From an uncultured Ignavibacteriaceae bacterium (GTDB lineage: Bacteria; Bacteroidota; Ignavibacteria; UBA10030), in contig CAZOIM010000005.1 in the NCBI GenBank assembly GCA_964579855.1, positions 1 through 51,208 on the forward strand: 51,208 nt of DNA, read 5' to 3'. Numbering within the stretch: the stretch's first letter is position 1; every line of letters starts with the position of its first letter. A program made the position numbers and the translations under genes. This document shows, one piece after another, positions 33,025 through 42,174 of this stretch. The notes beneath the pieces were generated by a model. It was given only the letters and a program-made list of their open reading frames with translations, was not told the DNA's origin and did not search any database.

Positions 33025-35904
33025 ATGGATGAACAAACGGAAGAAATAAAGCCCGAATCCGTTTTCTCTGCGCTCCGCAAAGCGCTTCAATATGAGCTTG
33101 ACCAGCTCAAGACGATGAGATGTGAAATAACGCTGTTCGATGGAATCTCGGTTGCTACCTTCGCGGATCATTTCTACTACCGCTTCGAAATTCCCGAGGA
33201 CCTTTTCCTCCAGACGACTGAGGTCGCCTCATTTTCGGTTGGGAAGATGCAGCCGATCGTCGTCAAAGGCAGAATCATCGCGGTCGACAATCAATTCATG
33301 ACGGTGGCTCTTCCTACGGACTTCGGACCGGTCCTCCCTGAAGCGAAATGCACGTGGAGCTACGAGGAACATATTCAGCCGGTATTGGGAATGCTTCCGA
33401 CTGATTTGAGCACATCTGTCATCGCATCGCTGCTCTTTAACCCTGCAGATGAATCGAACAGGAATGCCGCTCCCTTTGAACCCCAATTTGTCCCACAGAC
33501 CCCACAAAACCAATTGGATGTGGTGACGAAAATTCTTCAGAACAGGGTTTCGGTGTTATGGGGTCCGATTCTTACGGGAAAGACGCATGTACTTGCGCTT
33601 CTCGCAGCGAATTATATCAAATCTGGAAAACGGGTGTTGTTTGTCGCGAATGCGAACGATCACGTGGACGCGACACTCCTCAAGACCGTGGAGATTGGGC
33701 AAAAACTCGGCGCGGATCTTTCAAAATCTTCTGCACGCGTCGGATTTCCTTCGCCGTCCTATGCTGCGCAAATAGGTCCCTATTCATTCGAACAACAAAT
33801 TGCATCGCTCAGAAACGAAAAACGAAAAATCTTTCAGGAACGTGTTCAACTTCTCCAGAAATACTGGACCGTGCGCATAAAACAGAGTCTGAATGAGGAG
33901 TTCTATGCCAAAGTTCAGGGAATGCGCGATCAATTAAGCGAGCTAAGAAAACAAGGAGAACAGGCAAACACAGACTTGACGGGTTTTCGAGATTCCATCC
34001 AGAAACATCAGTCGGCATCCGTTATCGAAAAATTGAAGAAGGGTTATTCGAAAGATGAATTGAATCTTGCACAAAAACAATTCACCGAAAAACAACAAGC
34101 ACACAAGAGGCTTCTCTCACTGCAACAGTCTCTGAGCAATGAAATAACCCTTGTGGAATCCAATGGTCCGATCACAGCGGATGAGATGAAGGAATACCGT
34201 CTTGCTATGAATCGGATTGAAGAATTGGGTGGGCTTGATCGTGTCAGTCAGGCAGTTGATGAATTTGTGTCCGTCGACGAACCGGCGCAGTTGAAATGGA
34301 AGCAATTCGTCTGCACGAGCGTGTGGACAGCCCTTGTCGATCCACGGTTGAAAGGGCTGCAGTATGATCTCGTTCTCGTCGATGACGCCGAGACCGTGTA
34401 TCTCCCTGCCCTTGCCGCACTCGCGACACTTGCGAAGGAAAAATACCTGATTGCGGGAGATCCCTACCAACTGGAACCGGAATCGTTTACGAAGAACGCC
34501 CTTGCGGAAACGTGGCTGCATAAAGATATCTTTCTTCACGTTGCACAAACCGAACAGCTCAACAAGCTGTTCGATTGGACGGAGCGAAACTCTCAGTGGG
34601 CAATGTTGTTAGGGTCCCATTTTGCGACAACACAAAAACTGTCGTTGTTCACGGCTTCCGTATTGTTTGATGACAAGATCAACGTCTTTGTCCCGCCCGG
34701 TGCAAAAGGTGCAATCTATTTTCTCGATACCAGCGATTTGAAATCAACGTGCAAACAGTATGTAGGTAGAAAGAAGATACTCCCGTATAACGAAATCCAT
34801 ACGCGAAAGCTGATCGAATGTATAAAACACGCGTTGCTGGAGTCGGAGTGTACGACGAGTGATGTCGGTGTTATCCTTCCTTTCTCCGGTCCGACATTGT
34901 ACACCAGACTTCAGTTGAGAATGCTCGGCATGGATGATGTCGAAGTCGGGACGCCCCAGAGCTTCCGTGGCATACGAAAGCGATCGATCATTTTTGATAC
35001 CACGATGGCGGGTGTCGATTACACGATGAAACAAATCGACGACAAAAAGATCGGGGAACACAAAATCGCGAGACTATTCAATACGGTGTTTTCCAGTGTG
35101 GGAGAAGATCTGTATATCATAGCAGATATGAATCATTTTAGGACACTCTACAAGGACAGATTGTTTACACGTCTTCTCATGCTTCTGCAGGCAGAAGCAG
35201 ACAAACGATCATCGTTTGCCACAGCAGTCAAGAAATTCGAAAGTCTTGAATGGGACCAACTTGATGCCGTGTTGTCACCTTCTTCAAAGGGTGGCCCAGG
35301 CTCTCGTGTCCAGTCAAAGCCTGTCGACAAGAAAGAAGATGCAGAACTCGCGCTCAAAATGAAAATGCTGGCACAGCAGCAAGGATCGAGGCCAGCTATC
35401 GGAAGCCGCAATATTGAGCGTGAAACACACGATGGCGTTGTACGAATTCTGGGGGTTCGGAAAGACCTCAACCTTCTCTCACAATATGTCGGCGGTGATA
35501 TCCTCTTTCGTGCAACCCTGTCAACCGAACTTGCTTCGGGTCGATTGCCCCAGGATTTCTGTCAGAGTGAGCGCGACTTTCGTGAAATCATGGAACGCTG
35601 GAATTTGATTATCTATGAAATGTCCGGTGGCAACAAAACGGACTTGTCATACTTCTCGAAAAAATCTCCCGAAGCCCGGGTCCGCCATGACATCAGAAAC
35701 CTTCGGGCATTCTATGCCTCGGACGTCGAAGCCGCGATCGAGGAAGGAAAGCAAAAAATCGCTGTCGATGTTTCAAGACTATTCCAGGAGTTGCTCGGCA
35801 AGGCGCAACCGTCGAATCCGTCGGAATGGTCCACTGCCTATCTCAATTTTCTCTCGAAGCTCGAATCGTACCTCACATGGATTTCGGAACAGATACGCCG
35901 TTAG
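33025..35904 (+). CDS. Superfamily-1 (Upf1/Dna2-like, AAA_11/AAA_12-type) helicase with a coiled-coil insertion and long uncharacterised N- and C-terminal regions
   Basis: Walker A WGPILTGKTHVLALL. Motif II DLVLVDDAE. Motif III IAGDPYQLEP. Motif V/VI-like VGTPQSFRGIRKRSIIFDTTMAG. A ~150-aa K/E/Q-rich predicted coiled coil lies between motifs I and II. About 260 aa of unknown C-terminal sequence. Confidence 0.8.
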   Translation: MDEQTEEIKPESVFSALRKALQYELDQLKTMRCEITLFDGISVATFADHFYYRFEIPEDLFLQTTEVASFSVGKMQPIVVKGRIIAVDNQFMTVALPTDFGPVLPEAKCTWSYEEHIQPVLGMLPTDLSTSVIASLLFNPADESNRNAAPFEPQFVPQTPQNQLDVVTKILQNRVSVLWGPILTGKTHVLALLAANYIKSGKRVLFVANANDHVDATLLKTVEIGQKLGADLSKSSARVGFPSPSYAAQIGPYSFEQQIASLRNEKRKIFQERVQLLQKYWTVRIKQSLNEEFYAKVQGMRDQLSELRKQGEQANTDLTGFRDSIQKHQSASVIEKLKKGYSKDELNLAQKQFTEKQQAHKRLLSLQQSLSNEITLVESNGPITADEMKEYRLAMNRIEELGGLDRVSQAVDEFVSVDEPAQLKWKQFVCTSVWTALVDPRLKGLQYDLVLVDDAETVYLPALAALATLAKEKYLIAGDPYQLEPESFTKNALAETWLHKDIFLHVAQTEQLNKLFDWTERNSQWAMLLGSHFATTQKLSLFTASVLFDDKINVFVPPGAKGAIYFLDTSDLKSTCKQYVGRKKILPYNEIHTRKLIECIKHALLESECTTSDVGVILPFSGPTLYTRLQLRMLGMDDVEVGTPQSFRGIRKRSIIFDTTMAGVDYTMKQIDDKKIGEHKIARLFNTVFSSVGEDLYIIADMNHFRTLYKDRLFTRLLMLLQAEADKRSSFATAVKKFESLEWDQLDAVLSPSSKGGPGSRVQSKPVDKKEDAELALKMKMLAQQQGSRPAIGSRNIERETHDGVVRILGVRKDLNLLSQYVGGDILFRATLSTELASGRLPQDFCQSERDFREIMERWNLIIYEMSGGNKTDLSYFSKKSPEARVRHDIRNLRAFYASDVEAAIEEGKQKIAVDVSRLFQELLGKAQPSNPSEWSTAYLNFLSKLESYLTWISEQIRR

Positions 35905-35998
35905 CGTGTACCTGGTTTGTATTTCCTCCCGATATAACATTCTGAACTGTTGAAATTCATTCGGAATCACCCAATCCGTTCCCGTCATTCCGATTATC

Positions 35999-36027
35999 TT
36001 GACGTCCCAGGCATTTAGGGCTATATT
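35999..36027 (+). promoter_or_regulatory. Sigma70-type promoter for the CNNM/CorC-family gene
   Basis: TTGACG (35999-36004), an exact 17-nt spacer, then TATATT (36022-36027). Confidence 0.55.
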
Positions 36028-36053
36028 CTTGTCAACTTCATACGGTGTATCCA

Positions 36054-37379
36054 ATGTTTTGGGAAGATCTGTTCGACATTCTTGTAGTGTTTTTCGTTGT
36101 TCTCCTGAATGCCTTCTTTGTCGCTGCCGAGTTCGCCATCGTCAAGGTTCGCAACACTCAAATAGAACCCCTGGTGGAAAAGGGCAACAAGCGAGCAGCC
36201 GTCGCAAAAGACATCGTCGCACACATGGATGCCTATCTTTCTGCCACACAACTTGGAATTACGATGGCGAGCCTTGCTCTCGGTTGGATCGGAGAACCGT
36301 TGGTTGCAGCAATGCTCCGCCCACTCTGCGTCGCAATCGGATTCGAAAACGAGAAGGTCATTGAGGCCGTTGCCGTGGCAGTCGGGTTTGCAGTGATAAC
36401 ATTTTTGCATATTACAATCGGCGAACAGGCACCAAAATGGCTCGCAATTCAGAAGGCGCAAGGAACGGTGCTCTTTGTCTCTTATCCGCTGAAATTCTTC
36501 TTCTCGATTTTCAGGCCGATCATTGTTGCATTGAACGGTTTCGCAAACGGGATTCTGAGACTCGTGGGACTCGGTGCAGTCTCCGAGTCCGAGTTGACGC
36601 ATTCCCAGGAAGAACTGAGGCTGCTTCTGGCGCAGGACAAGCGGGTGTCCGCGGCGAGCAAAGATATCGTGCTGAATGCAATGGATTTTCGACGCAAGCA
36701 GGCGCGTCATGCAATGGTTTCCCGAAAGGAAATCGTGGCGCTTTCGATATCCGCCCCGGTCCGGGAGAGCGTGGAAATTATGCGGACGCACAAATTCTCC
36801 CGCTATCCCGTCTTCAAAGAGACAATTGACAATATCGTGGGTGTCGTCCATACGAAGGATATCTTCAGGGTTGAACGTCATCTCAAGCCGGACTTCAGGC
36901 TGGAATCAGTAATGCGCGAGGCTCTCGTGATGCCGGAGACGGCGACACTTGAAAAAGTGCTGGAGACAATGCTGCAAAAGAAAATCCACCTGATTCCGCT
37001 AGCGGATGAGTTTGGCGGAACGGCCGGGATTATCACTATGGAAAACGTGCTGGAGGAATTGGTCGGGAATATTCAGGATGAATTCGACGCTGAGGCACCC
37101 GAAATTGTGAAGGTGAGCGATACTGAGTTTCTTGTGAATGCGAATATTACGACGAACGATGTCGAGCGATTGCTAAAACAGGAACTGTCTCCCAAGGACA
37201 TCCTCTCGATCGGTGCATTTGCGATCGAGCACCTTGGGCATATTCCAAAGAAAGGCGAAAGATTCAGAATTGAGGGTACAGAATTTATTGTAGAATCAAT
37301 CCGGGACCGGGTAATTGATTCAATACGGATTCGGCGTGTTCCACCTCAAAAGACTAAAGAGAAAAAACAGAGAACGTAG
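36054..37379 (+). CDS. CNNM/CorC-HlyC family transporter (DUF21 membrane domain, CBS pair, CorC_HlyC domain)
   Basis: DUF21 start LLNAFFVAAEFAIVKVR. CBS-pair region (THKFSRYPVF; IPLADEFGGTAGIITMENVLEELVGNIQDEFD). C-terminal transporter-associated domain. GTG 36045 is an alternative start. Confidence 0.88.
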   Translation: MFWEDLFDILVVFFVVLLNAFFVAAEFAIVKVRNTQIEPLVEKGNKRAAVAKDIVAHMDAYLSATQLGITMASLALGWIGEPLVAAMLRPLCVAIGFENEKVIEAVAVAVGFAVITFLHITIGEQAPKWLAIQKAQGTVLFVSYPLKFFFSIFRPIIVALNGFANGILRLVGLGAVSESELTHSQEELRLLLAQDKRVSAASKDIVLNAMDFRRKQARHAMVSRKEIVALSISAPVRESVEIMRTHKFSRYPVFKETIDNIVGVVHTKDIFRVERHLKPDFRLESVMREALVMPETATLEKVLETMLQKKIHLIPLADEFGGTAGIITMENVLEELVGNIQDEFDAEAPEIVKVSDTEFLVNANITTNDVERLLKQELSPKDILSIGAFAIEHLGHIPKKGERFRIEGTEFIVESIRDRVIDSIRIRRVPPQKTKEKKQRT

Positions 37380-37453
37380 GAATTGTCCTTTCCAAAAACC
37401 CTCCCAGTTCCTTAAACCGACAAAGATTGCATGAATATTGAAGAAGTGTCTGA

Positions 37454-38293
37454 TTAGCGCAATGGCTTCTGGGCGTCGTGATGTTCAAGGTCCGTACGCT
37501 CCTGGTCGGGTACTGAGGTCAATACGAAGACATCCTCCAACTTCACAAAATCAACGCTCGGTGTGACGATGATTGATTTGAAGAGTGTGCCAGGCTGCTC
37601 ATCCACTTCGCTGACGACACCAATTCGAATATCCGGCGGAAATGTGCTACTATACGATGAAGTGAGCACGACGTCGCCGATCTTAACGTCGAGAGTCTTT
37701 GCAACGTTCTTCAATAACAAATTCTTGCCATCCCAGGCTATGATCCCGTCGACGCGGCTTCGCTCAATCTTCGCACTCGCGCGGAAATCGACATTCAGAA
37801 GAAGATTCACGATTGCGTAGTGCTCGGTGGCGGAGACAACGAGCCCCACGAGCCCCCCATCGCCGATAACAGGCATCAGCGGTTTGATATCTTCCTTTCC
37901 GCCGATATCGATCGTCAAGGTATTGCGGAGAAGCGTGAGATTCTTTCCGATCACCTCTGCACCAACAATATCGAACGGCACCTTTTCTTTCAGATCCAGT
38001 AGCCGGCGGAGCCGCAGGTTCTCAAGCTTCGCTTCGCGCAGGCGGTTCGTTTCATCGGTAAGTTCGATATTTGTCCTGCGCAGGAGTTGATTCTCCGATT
38101 CAAGGGAAAAATAGCGGGGGATAAAGATCACCTGTTCCTGCAGAAGACCATACGTTATCGTCGCAACAGATCTCAACCGCTTCATTTGTGAATTATCGTT
38201 TAGTGCAAGGAGAATCAACGACGCTGCAATCAGTCCGGCGAGGACCGCATATTCTTTGAACTCATAAAGAATATCATAAAGCCGTTGAAGCAT
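37454..38293 (-). CDS. mreC: Rod shape-determining protein MreC
   Basis: N-terminal TM, a coiled coil (ENQLLRRTNIELTDETNRLREAKLENLRLRRLL), then a beta-barrel region (VIGDGGLVGLVVSATEHYAIVNLL; FPPDIRIGVV). It lies directly downstream of mreB. Confidence 0.88.
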   Translation of the reverse strand: MLQRLYDILYEFKEYAVLAGLIAASLILLALNDNSQMKRLRSVATITYGLLQEQVIFIPRYFSLESENQLLRRTNIELTDETNRLREAKLENLRLRRLLDLKEKVPFDIVGAEVIGKNLTLLRNTLTIDIGGKEDIKPLMPVIGDGGLVGLVVSATEHYAIVNLLLNVDFRASAKIERSRVDGIIAWDGKNLLLKNVAKTLDVKIGDVVLTSSYSSTFPPDIRIGVVSEVDEQPGTLFKSIIVTPSVDFVKLEDVFVLTSVPDQERTDLEHHDAQKPLR

Positions 38294-38459
38294 CGATTAC
38301 ACGTCGGAGTGTGAAGGGCAGAATGGAAGGCGGGTAGACAGAGATAACTCGAGTCGCTGGCGAGACTGAAATTGAATTAGTGATCGATTGGCGGGGACCA
38401 TCGTCGTTTCGTCGTTTGGAATCTCAGGCTTTGATCTGCCCATCGAACATCGACAACCG

Positions 38460-39485
38460 TCAATATCTGGTGCTTCTCAGGAGCACTTTGGAATAGTGAG
38501 CGAGATCTTCCAGGACTTTCCCTGTACCGCGTACGACCGCCGTCAGCGGATCTTCCGCAACGTGAACCGGAAGGTTGGTCTCAAGCCGGAGTCGCTCATC
38601 AAGTCCTTTAAGCAGAGCGCCCCCACCCGTCAACATGATTCCACGATCAAGAATATCCGCAGAAAGTTCCGGAGGAGTTCGTTCGAGCGTAATCTTCACA
38701 CCTTCAACGATTTGGGCGATGGGCTCGTTCAGCGCCTCGCGGATTTCAACGGAACTGACCTCGGTCGTTTTCGGAACGCCGTTGACAAGATCGCGGCCTT
38801 TTACCTGGATTGTGATCTCTTCCTTTAGGGGCATTGCCGACCCCACCTCACACTTGATGGCTTCCGAAGTCCGTTCGCCGATCAAGATATTGTGGTTCCG
38901 CTTGAAAAACTGAATGATGGCATTGTTCATTTCATCACCCGCGACACGCCGCGACTCTTCGTTCACGATGCCGGATAACGCAATCACGGCGATTTCCGTT
39001 GTTCCGCCGCCGATGTCAACAATCATATTTCCCACGGGCGCATCGACATCGAGATTGACTCCAATGGCTGCAGCCATCGGTTCCGCGAGAAGATGCACTT
39101 CCTTTGCCCCGGCGTGTTCGGCAGAATCACGAACGGCCCGTTTTTCCACTTCGGTAATTCCGGAAGGCACCGATACGACGATTCTCCTGCTGGGCACCCA
39201 GCTAACACTGATTTTTTTTATGAACTCCCTCAGCATTCCTTCGGCAATTTCAAAATCGGCAATAACGCCATCCTTCATCGGACGGATCGTCCGGATATCC
39301 TTGTGGGTTCGTCCCAACATTTCTTTAGCCTCGTTGCCGATGGCGATAATACGTTTGGTGTTGCGGTCAAAGGCGACAATGGAAGGCTCATTCAGGATGA
39401 TGCCCTTGCCCTTCATCCAAATGACGGTGTTGGCGGTGCCAAGATCGATGGCAAGATCCGCGGAAAAGAGAGAGAAGAGTCCCAT
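38460..39485 (-). CDS. mreB: Rod shape-determining actin homologue MreB
   Basis: DLAIDLGTANTVIW, VVSVPSGITEVEKRAV, MIVDIGGGTTEIAV, GIMLTGGGALLKGLD. Confidence 0.97.
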   Translation of the reverse strand: MGLFSLFSADLAIDLGTANTVIWMKGKGIILNEPSIVAFDRNTKRIIAIGNEAKEMLGRTHKDIRTIRPMKDGVIADFEIAEGMLREFIKKISVSWVPSRRIVVSVPSGITEVEKRAVRDSAEHAGAKEVHLLAEPMAAAIGVNLDVDAPVGNMIVDIGGGTTEIAVIALSGIVNEESRRVAGDEMNNAIIQFFKRNHNILIGERTSEAIKCEVGSAMPLKEEITIQVKGRDLVNGVPKTTEVSSVEIREALNEPIAQIVEGVKITLERTPPELSADILDRGIMLTGGGALLKGLDERLRLETNLPVHVAEDPLTAVVRGTGKVLEDLAHYSKVLLRSTRY

Positions 39486-39574
39486 AGAGCAAAAGAAGTT
39501 AAGGTGGAATGAGTATCAATTTATGAGTTCAGTATACACGTTCATGGGGCAAAACAAATTGATCTTGGTCGGCG

Positions 39575-41176
39575 TCAATGTCGAAAATGTCTGATTCCGG
39601 TGAATACCATCGTGACATTGTGTTCGTCGGCAGCCTTGATCACATCCTGGTCCCTGACCGACCCTCCGGGTTGAATAACAGCAGTCGCCCCAACGTTGAT
39701 TGCCTCCATCAAACCGTCTGCAAACGGGAAGAATGCATCGGATGCAACCGCGCATCCCTTAAGATCGAACCCCGCTTCGGTTGCTTTCATTGCCGCAAGT
39801 TTTGATGAATCGACGCGCGACATTTGGCCCGCTCCAACTCCAAGCGTCCGGTCACCTCGCGCGTAAACGATTGCGTTTGACTTCACGTGCTTCGCGATAT
39901 TCCAGGCGAACAACATTGCGGATGTCTCCTCATCTGTCGGTTTGCGTTGCGTGACGACGCGAAGTTGGTCGCGATGGATGCGATGCTGGTCGGAATCCTG
40001 TACAAGAAGTCCTCCTGCGACGTTGCGTACATCCCATTCACGGAGCCCGCGGAGGTTCACCGCCTGTTGTATGATGCGCCGATCCTTTTTTTTTCTTAGC
40101 AGATCGAGCACGCGCGGCTCAAATTCCGGAGCAATGATGACTTCAAGAAAGATCTCGTTGATTATTTCTGCAGCCGCAAGATCCAGCGGTTTGTTCAGAG
40201 CTACGATGCCACCGAACGCCGACTTTGAATCAGTGGCAAGCGCCTTGGTATAGGCATCCTTCAATGAGGAGGCAGAGGCCACGCCGCAGGGGTTGCCGTG
40301 CTTGACGATAACCGCAGTCGGATCGTTAAATTCCGAACATATCTGCGCTGCAGTGTCGATATCCAGGATATTATTGTACGATAATTCCTTGCCGTGCAAT
40401 TTCTTGAAGTACTCGGTGAATTGTCCGTATAAAGCGGCCGACTGGTGCGGATTTTCGCCGTATCGCAGGTCTTGTGATCGATGCATCGACACGGTAAGCG
40501 TTTCCGGAAATCCCGAAGAGGGGGTCAATCCTCGCAGATAGGATGCGATGAGCGAATCATAGTGCGCTGTGTGTTGAAATGCCGAACACGCCAGCTGAAA
40601 GCGCGTTTGTTCCGAGATACAACCGTCGTGGGATTGCATTTCTTCGGCGATGATGCCGTAAATATCGGGATTCACGATGACCGCAGTATGTCGGAAATTC
40701 TTGGCAGCCGCACGAACCATCGTGGGCCCGCCGATATCGATATTCTCAATTGCGGTTTCAAGGCGCACATCATCGGCGGCAATCGTCCTCTCAAACGGAT
40801 AGAGATTGACAACAACAAGGTCGATGGAATCGATGTCGTGCTCTTTCATTTGTTCAACGTGCTTCGGATTGTCGGCCACGGCAAGGATGCCACCGAGAAT
40901 CTTGGGATGAACAGTCTTGACGCGTCCATCGAGTATTTCGGGAAAATTTGTCACTTCGGAGACTGCGGTTACCTCGAATCCGGCTTCTTTCAATGCATTG
41001 TATGTGCCACCCGTCGAGATTATCTGAACCTTGAAATTCTTGAGGACGGTCGCAAGTTGTATGATCCCCCGTTTGTCAGAAACGCTGATGAGCGCCCGTC
41101 TGATTTTCAACAGAGACCCGCTGTCTTGATCTGAAACGGATCCTCGACCTATCATTGGAATTTTTGAATTGATCAT
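39575..41176 (-). CDS. purH: Bifunctional AICAR transformylase / IMP cyclohydrolase
   Basis: MGS-like N-domain ALISVSDKRGI...GGT...GRVKTVHPKI and AICARFT domain ending ...MVFTGIRHFRH. ATG 41176 overlaps the purN stop as ATGA. The ORF-track start at 41185 is a TTG. Confidence 0.95.
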   Translation of the reverse strand: MINSKIPMIGRGSVSDQDSGSLLKIRRALISVSDKRGIIQLATVLKNFKVQIISTGGTYNALKEAGFEVTAVSEVTNFPEILDGRVKTVHPKILGGILAVADNPKHVEQMKEHDIDSIDLVVVNLYPFERTIAADDVRLETAIENIDIGGPTMVRAAAKNFRHTAVIVNPDIYGIIAEEMQSHDGCISEQTRFQLACSAFQHTAHYDSLIASYLRGLTPSSGFPETLTVSMHRSQDLRYGENPHQSAALYGQFTEYFKKLHGKELSYNNILDIDTAAQICSEFNDPTAVIVKHGNPCGVASASSLKDAYTKALATDSKSAFGGIVALNKPLDLAAAEIINEIFLEVIIAPEFEPRVLDLLRKKKDRRIIQQAVNLRGLREWDVRNVAGGLLVQDSDQHRIHRDQLRVVTQRKPTDEETSAMLFAWNIAKHVKSNAIVYARGDRTLGVGAGQMSRVDSSKLAAMKATEAGFDLKGCAVASDAFFPFADGLMEAINVGATAVIQPGGSVRDQDVIKAADEHNVTMVFTGIRHFRH

Positions 41177-41787
41177 TGTATCCAAACTTTGCTTCCTTCT
41201 ATGTGCACCTTCTTGTTCGCGAAGGCCGCTATCGCTTTCGGATAAATCTCATGTTCGATCAGAAGAACCCTTGCCGCAAGGGTCTCCGGTGTATCGTTGT
41301 TCATGACTTCGACAGTCTGCTGCATCACGATTGGTCCACGGTCATACTCTTCGTCGACGAGATGAACAGTTGCACCTGTTGTCCTGGCACCAGAGGCCAG
41401 GACCGCTTCGTGCACGTGGATTCCATACATCCCTGCTCCTCCAAAAGCCGGAAGAAGGGCTGGATGGATATTCAAGATTCTATTCCGGAATCGATCGATT
41501 ACTTTTGCCGGCACCCGCTTCATATATCCTGCGAGCGTAATCATGTCAACATCGTAACGTGTCAGCAATTCCAACAGCCGCTCTTCGTACTGTCCTTCGG
41601 AAGAGCACTGTTTCTGATTAAGATGAATTGCGGGAATATTCCGAGATCGGGCAAGATCCAACGCCCCGGCGTTTGAATTATTGCTTAGCAGGAGCGAAAC
41701 ACGAGCAGGCAATCTGCCGTCATCAATGGCCTTCAGAATTGCTTGAAAGTTCGATCCGCGCCCTGACGCGAAGACAGCAATGTTCAT
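41173..41787 (-). CDS. purN: Phosphoribosylglycinamide formyltransferase
   Basis: MNIAVFASGRGSNFQAIL, ITLAGYMK, NIHPALLPAFGG, GATVHLVDEEYDRGPI. Confidence 0.95.
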   Translation of the reverse strand: MNIAVFASGRGSNFQAILKAIDDGRLPARVSLLLSNNSNAGALDLARSRNIPAIHLNQKQCSSEGQYEERLLELLTRYDVDMITLAGYMKRVPAKVIDRFRNRILNIHPALLPAFGGAGMYGIHVHEAVLASGARTTGATVHLVDEEYDRGPIVMQQTVEVMNNDTPETLAARVLLIEHEIYPKAIAAFANKKVHIEGSKVWIQ

Positions 41788-42174
41788 TCAATCGGCAACA
41801 AGCGTTGGTCCATTCAACAACGACAAAAGGTAGTGAGAAGTTGAAGGATAGTCAATAAATGCGGGATCTCTTGCATTCAAAGGGCAAGCTCTTGTGTCAG
41901 GAAACGCCTGCCCGCACAGTCCAGCGATGTGGACGATGTGTTTGCCGATGAAGAAGTAATGTCGTGGACGAAAAGGCATCAGTCTCCAACTTGCAGGAAC
42001 AGCCCAGGGATGCTGTCATGGACGCCGGTTGTTCCATGTGGCAAAGCGTTGACGATGAGTTTCTTGATTGTTTCTCCCATAATCGAGATATTGGCAACGC
42101 TGGTGTCGGTTCCTCGATTGCCGAACGAATCCCGCCGTCTCTTGCACAAGAAAAACCATTCTGAGGAGGGTTGT

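Noticed and set aside
36021-36881. 286-aa minus-strand ORF, one of the longest unexplained ORFs in the track
   Set aside because: It lies entirely antisense to the well-supported CNNM/CorC gene (36054-37379). Its composition is Cys/His/Arg-rich with no recognisable motif. This is a typical shadow ORF of a GC-balanced coding region.
38575-39594. Plus-strand ORFs 38575..38913 and 38914..39594 (112 and 226 aa)
   Set aside because: They are antisense to mreB, whose identity is unambiguous. They have Ser/Arg/Pro/Thr-rich low-complexity translations.
40481-41134. 217-aa plus-strand ORF
   Set aside because: It is antisense to purH and has no motifs; shadow ORF. The same reasoning applies to 13007..13519 (antisense to dxr), 18629..19195 (antisense to the OM barrel gene) and 20798..21346 (antisense to the cyclase).
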